A DNA stretch of 23,539 bases, taken from assembly GCA_963712115.1 (NCBI GenBank), contig CAVQGX010000023.1, positions 1-23,539 of the forward strand, given 5' to 3'. A program made the position numbers and the translations under genes. Below, piece after piece: positions 18,418-23,539 of the stretch (positions are counted from its first letter, which is position 1; every line of letters starts with the position of its first letter). The notes beneath the pieces are model-generated. The model was not told the DNA's origin, did no database searches, and worked only from the letters and a program-made list of their open reading frames with translations. This stretch comes from an uncultured delta proteobacterium. GTDB taxonomy: Bacteria > Desulfobacterota > Syntrophobacteria > BM002.

Positions 18418-18915
18418 TTACTGCTTACTGCTTACTGTCTCTCCAGATTTCGGTAATTCCAGTCTCATAATATAGAAAGTTTCTTCATCACCGGGAGTGT
18501 CACTGGGAAATACGATAATATTCGCTATTTTAAAACCAAATTTCTCGTATAAGCCTATTGCTTCCCGTTGTATGAGTTCAACATCTAACTCAACAATGCT
18601 GATCTTCCTTTCCATAAGTACATCTAGACACCTTCTGAGGAGTTCTTTGGCAATTCCCTCTCCCCGGTGATCGGGGTGTACTGCCAATCTTAATATGACT
18701 GCCTTCTCAAGATCATGGCACACACAGGCTATGAGATAACCTGCGATTTCACTTTTTATTTCGAGGACCAAGAATATATTTTTCAACGCCGACTTAAAAA
18801 AATTGTAAATCCAAGGAGCTGAAAATGAATGTCGATCAATATCTAGAACTCTATCAAAATCCTCCTCCGTGGCCGACCTGATGCTCTTTCCATGGTCTAG
18901 TAAATTAACACTCAT
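18418..18915 (-). CDS. GNAT acetyltransferase, RimI-like
   Basis: SFSAPW, LAVHPDHRGEGIAKELL (acetyl-CoA motif A), AIGLYEKFGF; start uncertain (18915 or 18945). Confidence 0.85.
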   Translation of the reverse strand: MSVNLLDHGKSIRSATEEDFDRVLDIDRHSFSAPWIYNFFKSALKNIFLVLEIKSEIAGYLIACVCHDLEKAVILRLAVHPDHRGEGIAKELLRRCLDVLMERKISIVELDVELIQREAIGLYEKFGFKIANIIVFPSDTPGDEETFYIMRLELPKSGETVSSKQ

Positions 18916-19081
18916 GATCCGACCTGTGAGTTTATTTCCCTGCATATTGCTAGTATGAGAAGGCTTGATCGGCTGTAGGCAGGGCAAAGCAGGTGTCGGG
19001 GTTCAGATCTTTTTGCTGCGGAGAAGGTGAGATTGAAGATGAACTCGAATTGCTTTGAATAGTGAAGAAATGCAATAGATT

Positions 19082-19246
19082 TTAGAGATCTTCTTCCGGA
19101 TTGAGCTCTACATGACACTTATCACACTCCTTTGCGTTTATCATCCTCCTGGGAGGGATTTCTTCCCTACCCGATAGGTATTCTATCTCTTCCCAATAAC
19201 ACTTGTCGCACAATACCTTTCTTTTAAGCAAAAATGCGTTTCCCAT
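19082..19246 (-). CDS. Small hypothetical protein with two CxxC pairs (54 aa)
   Basis: MGNAF start after GGAGG RBS; CDKC twice. Confidence 0.7.
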   Translation of the reverse strand: MGNAFLLKRKVLCDKCYWEEIEYLSGREEIPPRRMINAKECDKCHVELNPEEDL

Positions 19247-19295
19247 CGCCTTTCTCCTCCTAGTAGACAATGTTATCGTTGCCAAGGGCAGGGAC

Positions 19296-19583
19296 TTACT
19301 GATTAAATACGGGCAACTCATCCACCGCGGTGAACTCGGCGTAGGCCTCCGCTGCCCACTTGAACACGACTTCCTTCAAAGCTTTTTCCAGACCTGGAGG
19401 GCATCCTCGAGTGCTGCGGGCGATATATTGTATGGTTTCGAATCCGTCCAAGCTGGGCTCTCTGAACGCAATGATAAAGGATATCGGCAAGGCGCCCTTG
19501 TCAACGATTTCCATAACATCTCCCCTGAATACTCTGAGAAATGCTTCTAAAGCCTTTTCAAATGCGGCTAGGTCTTCATTCAT
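19296..19583 (-). CDS. Hypothetical protein (95 aa)
   Basis: AGGAGG RBS before ATG; collinear with neighbouring minus-strand genes. Confidence 0.65.
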   Translation of the reverse strand: MNEDLAAFEKALEAFLRVFRGDVMEIVDKGALPISFIIAFREPSLDGFETIQYIARSTRGCPPGLEKALKEVVFKWAAEAYAEFTAVDELPVFNQ

Positions 19584-19678
19584 TTCAATAACCTCCTTTA
19601 GCCTGCATATTTCATGAATAGCGTCAATTCATAAAATGTCCGGGCTCGCGCGAGAACTACCCTTCATATCCCTTGATT

Positions 19679-20086
19679 TTAGCGGGACTTTTTTGCCCGT
19701 TTTTTTTTCTTTCCAGTGAGAATGTTCCTCATCATGGTCAACACTTCCCACTCCTCGTAGGGTGCCAGGATGGAGGCGTAAGCACCGAGTTCCATGGCCT
19801 CTTTTATGAGTTCACGATTGGCTTGATCACATAAAAGGATGACGCTACACTCGGGACAAGCAACATTGATCCTTGAATATATCCTGGCGCCATAAGTGTT
19901 AACCATCTCGTAATCCAGGAGCACTATCACACTCCGTGGCCTTTTTGTTTTTCTCACAAGCTCTTCGAGATCAGTTGCTAAAGCCGGGTGATAATTATTT
20001 TTCTCACAAATTTCTACAACGTGATTACGGATGTCCTCATTTGCCGCCAAGATGAAAATATTCGGTTTTTTCTCTTGAGCACTCAA
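19679..20086 (-). CDS. Stand-alone atypical receiver (REC) domain protein
   Basis: REC pattern IVLLD...VILL...EAMELGAY..LAPY; TTG start. Confidence 0.75.
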   Translation of the reverse strand: MSAQEKKPNIFILAANEDIRNHVVEICEKNNYHPALATDLEELVRKTKRPRSVIVLLDYEMVNTYGARIYSRINVACPECSVILLCDQANRELIKEAMELGAYASILAPYEEWEVLTMMRNILTGKKKKRAKKSR

Positions 20087-20505
20087 GGTACCGAAGCTTT
20101 TTGAACTGCGACCCGGTGTTATGCTTGGTTCCCACGGTCGACTGGTTTGCCAACTAAAAGAAGAGTCTCAGGCCACACATCGCCACTTTCCACCCAAGAA
20201 ATACCTAGGCGGCGTTAATCAGGATGAAACAGCCATTAGGTAGATTCAGAAACAAATTCCTTGCCAAAATGTTGTATAATTTTGTTTGCTCCTTCATCAA
20301 GTCTAAAAGTCTTTTGATAACAGGTGGTTAGTCGCAACTTATCATGCAGATTCGCCTGGCTGCTCTCACACTGAAAAATTTTCTTGCTGGTATAACCGTT
20401 TGATATAGGACCCGTTGTCGATGTTACAGGCCTCGATGCCTACGGATTAAAGGTTAAGAGGTTGCACAGAATTGGACTTTTGGGGTCAACAATCGGACGG
20501 TCTCT

Positions 20506-20564
20506 GGATTGCAGATTGCGGATTTCGGAAGGCGGATTTGGAAGGGCATAGGGCATAGTGTATG
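20506..20564. repeat. GGATTGC and GGGCATA heptamer tracts
   Basis: GGATTGC AGATTGC GGATTTC GGAAGGC GGATTTG gaa GGGCATA GGGCATA; inverted homologue of 2423-2480. Confidence 0.8.
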
Positions 20565-20569
20565 AAGGT

Positions 20570-20732
20570 AAATTCGAAATCCGAATATCGAAATCCTAAA
20601 CAAATTCAAAATACAAATTCTCCAATGTCCCAAACGAGAACTTGAGAACGAATTTAAGTCTGCCCTGTTTTGGTCATTTAAATTTTGATCATTCGGATTT
20701 GTTTCGTGCTTCGAGCTTAGGATTTAGAATTT
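20570..20732. repeat. Bipartite heptamer palindrome, copy 4
   Basis: 66-bp arms 20570-20635 and 20667-20732. Confidence 0.9.
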
Positions 20733-20741
20733 GATATTAAA

Positions 20742-20857
20742 TCTGTCATCTGACCTCCGACTTCCGACCTCTGACTTCTCAACACCTTCGTGCCTAGTCC
20801 CTAGTGCTTAATGCCTAGTTTGCATTTCTGAGGGCTGAAGGCTGACCGCTGATTGCT
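20742..20857. repeat. Three heptamer tracts (TCYGACY-type x5, GTGCCTA-type x4, CTGANNG x4)
   Basis: 20742-20776, 20790-20817, 20828-20855; the GTGCCTA tract is the reverse complement of the CTAGGCA family at 2281 and 15691. Confidence 0.8.
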
Positions 20858-20858
20858 T

Positions 20859-20902
20859 AAATAAATAAGCGGCGGGGGTAGCAGGCCAAACCCCCCGCCG
20901 CT
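20859..20902 (-). terminator. Rho-independent terminator of the minus-strand operon
   Basis: 11-bp stem AGCGGCGGGGG/CCCCCGCCGCT (20868-20902) followed on the minus strand by a U-rich tract (TATTTATTT); a second hairpin AGGAGGGG/CCCCTCCT at 20916-20936. Confidence 0.8.
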
Positions 20903-20948
20903 CGGTGGGTTTTGTAGGAGGGGAATAGCCCCTCCTGGGTGGTGAATC

Positions 20949-21374
20949 TTATGGAGCAATGAAATCAAGGACGAAGCTTAGCTTCATCTTGTCCTCAGGC
21001 CACATCTTGGTGCTAATCTGGTCTTTGCCGGGCCAGACATCCTTGTCATTGATCTTCTCAACGATCAGCTCCAGAAAATGAAACTCCGTGAGCTGGTACT
21101 TGACTATGGCCTCAGGCGGAAGCAGCACCGCAAGCCCCGATTCCATGGACAGTTTCCACTCAAAGGGTTCATTGGGCTCATGGGTCATCTCCCCAGTTTT
21201 GCCGGTAAATACCTTGAGCAGCTTACCAGAGATCTTGTCATTGGGCTTGACTCCGTACTCTTCATAGATCTCGTCTGATATGTGCCACCACAGACCGCGA
21301 AAGCCTGTCTTCACATACCCTTTGACGAGCATGGGATCGAACCCGCAAACACCCACGCGGCATTTCTCAGGCAT
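20949..21374 (-). CDS. Hypothetical protein (141 aa), possible duplicated AbrB/MraZ-like beta-alpha-beta fold
   Basis: AGGAGG RBS; last gene before terminator; fold assignment is pattern-based only. Confidence 0.8.
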   Translation of the reverse strand: MPEKCRVGVCGFDPMLVKGYVKTGFRGLWWHISDEIYEEYGVKPNDKISGKLLKVFTGKTGEMTHEPNEPFEWKLSMESGLAVLLPPEAIVKYQLTEFHFLELIVEKINDKDVWPGKDQISTKMWPEDKMKLSFVLDFIAP

Positions 21375-21416
21375 GCTCTACCTCCTTTTGGTTCTATTTG
21401 CAGCATAAGCTCAAGT

Positions 21417-21749
21417 TCATTTCCGCCAACTGTAACTGGAGTATTCCACAGGCTTATGCTCGGATGCTTTTTCAAGTTGTTTGCTGTTAGCTTCTTCCAC
21501 TGCCTGGCGTACTTCCTCAACCTGGCTGTAGCAATAGTTGAGAAACTCTTGCGCCTCAGGCCAGGTGAGATGGTCGTTTTGGAACAACCTCTGGACGAAG
21601 GGGGAGACGTGGGTAGAGATCTCATCCCTAAAATCCTCCAGCAGATATTCACCCTGCCCATCGTCCGGCACCCAGCCGAGATAGCTCCTCTTCCATCTGA
21701 GCACCATGGTCTTGAGGGTCTCGAGTTCTTTTACAACGTTCTCTTCCAT
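21417..21749 (-). CDS. Hypothetical helical protein (110 aa)
   Basis: Starts 1 nt after the upstream stop; acidic, helical composition. Confidence 0.75.
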   Translation of the reverse strand: MEENVVKELETLKTMVLRWKRSYLGWVPDDGQGEYLLEDFRDEISTHVSPFVQRLFQNDHLTWPEAQEFLNYCYSQVEEVRQAVEEANSKQLEKASEHKPVEYSSYSWRK

Positions 21750-21750
21750 G

Positions 21751-21987
21751 CTACTTTGCCACCTTCTTTGACTCGAAGGCGTAACACTTCTTGACCACGT
21801 TGAAGTCAGCCACGCCCCAGTAAAACGGCCAGTGAATCTTCATGCAATAGCCAATAAGGTCCGCCGGAGGAAACTTGGAGCCCTCGATCACAGGCTTGAG
21901 GTACCTGCAATCCCAACATACATGATCAGACTCCTTCTCCGGCTTCAATACCTTGTCAAGGAATTCTTGCGGCGTTAACTCTGCCAT
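21751..21987 (-). CDS. Small 4-Cys protein (78 aa), putative Fe-S binding
   Basis: AAGGAG RBS; C-x2-C-x20-C-x19-C spacing. Confidence 0.8.
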   Translation of the reverse strand: MAELTPQEFLDKVLKPEKESDHVCWDCRYLKPVIEGSKFPPADLIGYCMKIHWPFYWGVADFNVVKKCYAFESKKVAK

Positions 21988-22005
21988 GCGCTACTCCTTT
22001 CTCTA

Positions 22006-22491
22006 TTACCAGTCCTTCACTTCGCCCTTTTTCTTCTTCTGCTGATACTCCTCCCATACCTCAGGCGACAGCCTCTGGATATCCCAGTTGAATGGGTAGC
22101 TTCCGGCTATGCCGCCGTCGGGCGGCTGCGGCCGCCAGCCCCTTACCGGCCTGCCCCGTATGCTGAACTTCACCATGTCCGGCACACCCAGGTAAATGTC
22201 CCTGGGCAGACACTGGAAGGGCCTGGTCCTGCCCTCTACACCCGGACTATAGTTGGAGTAGCCGTCCAAGGGCTTGTCCGCATAAAGCGGGCTGGTGTCA
22301 GGCTTCTCGCCGGGCCTGTCCTCCGGGCCCTTGTACATGTGGCCCTGGATCATGTGGATGTAGTAGACTGCACCGCATTCGGCACAGTTGATTTTACCTT
22401 CCCAGTTCCAGAAACAGTAAGGATCCAGGTAGTTAACCGTGTTACAGGGTTTTCCACCCACATCTTTTTTGCACCAGATTATGTCACACAC
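22006..22491 (-). CDS. Hypothetical Cys-rich (zinc-ribbon-like) protein (161 aa)
   Basis: GTG start 8 nt after AGGAGG; CDIIWC...C...C...CAEC N-terminal domain. Confidence 0.82.
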   Translation of the reverse strand: MCDIIWCKKDVGGKPCNTVNYLDPYCFWNWEGKINCAECGAVYYIHMIQGHMYKGPEDRPGEKPDTSPLYADKPLDGYSNYSPGVEGRTRPFQCLPRDIYLGVPDMVKFSIRGRPVRGWRPQPPDGGIAGSYPFNWDIQRLSPEVWEEYQQKKKKGEVKDW

Positions 22492-22505
22492 AGTTCATCC
22501 CTCCT

Positions 22506-23539
22506 TTATATCCAGGCTTTCTCATACCACTCTTCGATGGTCTTGGTTGGATAGCCGAGCAGCTCGTGGTAGATCTTGACGTTGTCAGCACCAACCGGCC
22601 GCCAGATCCAGTAAAGTCTCCTCGGGGTTTTCTCCATCAGGCCGGCACCGTAGGTACCCATCACACCTACATCTCCAAAGATGGGATCCTCCTGCCACCT
22701 GACGGTCCCCCTGGTCCTCCAGTGCTCGGACTCGTAGACCTCCTTGTCGTTCATCACCGGTTCGGCCAAAAGCCCGGCATCCTGGCAGACCTTTACCACC
22801 TGGGACCTGGACTTGTCCTTAGCCCACTGTTCCAGAGCCGCGTAGATTTCCACCTGAGCCTCGGCCCTGACCCTCTGATCGTGAGCCTTGTATTTGTCGA
22901 GAAGGCCTTTGTTGCCGGTGATCTTGCAGAGCTCTGCGAAGTCCTCATCCTGGAAGGCACTGATCATGGCATACCTGGCGCAAAACTTTTCCTGCGGGTT
23001 CTTGGCATCCGGAAAGTCGGACTTGCCGCAGAGAATGATGCCGTGGGCGCAAAGCTGGGTGTCCCAGTTGCCCCACCTCTGGCGCACAATGCCGAACCTG
23101 CCGTAGAGCGGCGCCGCAAAGCCCAGACACCTGGTGGCCGCCTGCACCTGGGAGAACTCGATCATGGTGCCCAGCCCGGTCTTCCGCCGCCAGTGGATGG
23201 CTGCCAGAATCCCGAAGGTGATCTGGGTGCCGGAGTACCAGTCGATGCACCAGTTGGAGTGCTTGGCAGCGTGGCCGCCAAAGCTTTCGTGGAAGCCGGT
23301 TACCGAGGCGAGCCCGGCGTGGGCCTGCCCCAGAATGTCGTAGGAGCCGCCGAATACCTTGGGCCCATAGCCGAAACCTCCACCCCACACATAGATGAAC
23401 CGGGGGTTCATCTCGAGCAGGTAGCGGTAGCTCTGTCTCCACCTGTCAAAAGTGCCAGGGCGGTAGCATTCGGTAAGACCATCGGACATCTTCACCAGGG
23501 AGTAGAAGGCCTCCTTCATCTCGTCCAGGTGATAGTCCA
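22506..23539 (-). CDS. Family III CoA-transferase (CaiB/BaiF/Frc), 5'-truncated by the window edge
   Basis: ECYRPG (ENFRPG), NPRFIY...[22 protein letters not shown], probable catalytic Asp in CIDWYSG, RRKTGLG; frame stays open to the window end (DYHLDE-MKE). Confidence 0.9.
   Translation of the reverse strand, partial: DYHLDEMKEAFYSLVKMSDGLTECYRPGTFDRWRQSYRYLLEMNPRFIYVWGGGFGYGPKVFGGSYDILGQAHAGLASVTGFHESFGGHAAKHSNWCIDWYSGTQITFGILAAIHWRRKTGLGTMIEFSQVQAATRCLGFAAPLYGRFGIVRQRWGNWDTQLCAHGIILCGKSDFPDAKNPQEKFCARYAMISAFQDEDFAELCKITGNKGLLDKYKAHDQRVRAEAQVEIYAALEQWAKDKSRSQVVKVCQDAGLLAEPVMNDKEVYESEHWRTRGTVRWQEDPIFGDVGVMGTYGAGLMEKTPRRLYWIWRPVGADNVKIYHELLGYPTKTIEEWYEKAWI

Noticed and set aside
20252-20267. 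Sigma-54-like promoter on the minus strand (TTGGCAAGGAATTTGT)
   Set aside because: Correct GG-N10 spacing, but GT replaces the near-invariant GC at -12; not supportable without TSS data.
902-20857. Repeat blocks as CRISPR arrays
   Set aside because: No identical 23-47 bp repeats with regular unique spacers, and no cas genes.
21417-21753. Sec/Pyl readthrough at the TGA (21417-21419) and TAG (21751-21753) stops
   Set aside because: The TGA is followed by another in-frame TGA two codons later and no SECIS-like hairpin is evident; the gene after the TAG starts in a different frame.
21282-23442. Overlapping alternative-frame ORFs (21282-21794 +, 21311-21661 -, 22945-23442 -)
   Set aside because: Shadow ORFs of GC-biased genes; the chosen frames have RBSs and tile the operon without overlap.

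Overview
Chromosomal region of an anaerobic bacterium, most consistent with a Desulfobacterota/Syntrophobacter-type deltaproteobacterium (inferred from gene content, not from a marker gene). 5' part (+): fatty-acid oxidation redox module etfB-etfA-membrane Fe-S oxidoreductase (FadF/EMO type), then a long-chain acyl-CoA ligase and an alpha/beta hydrolase. Middle: TPR membrane protein (-), Gate-domain membrane protein, class B DnaJ, DUF434-like protein, LolD/FtsX-type ABC system with an AttH-like lipocalin gene (a YkgJ-type Cys-cluster gene lies between them), and cutA. 3' part (-): GNAT acetyltransferase, small hypotheticals, a pseudo-receiver, and the distal end of an uncharacterised operon (family III CoA-transferase, Cys-rich protein, BssC/HiPIP-like 4-Cys protein, two unknowns) with a terminator. 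The most unusual signal is intergenic. Most spacers carry repeat elements: (i) four ~155-190 bp bipartite palindromes with 65-66 bp arms of fixed heptamer grammar; (ii) mosaics of several heptamer families in a conserved order; (iii) two arrays of TGAC plus GNA/GNRA mini-hairpins; (iv) a GTAG REP doublet with compensatory stem changes. There is also a 168-nt candidate structured RNA upstream of fadD. No rRNA, tRNA, CRISPR array or transposase was recognised.
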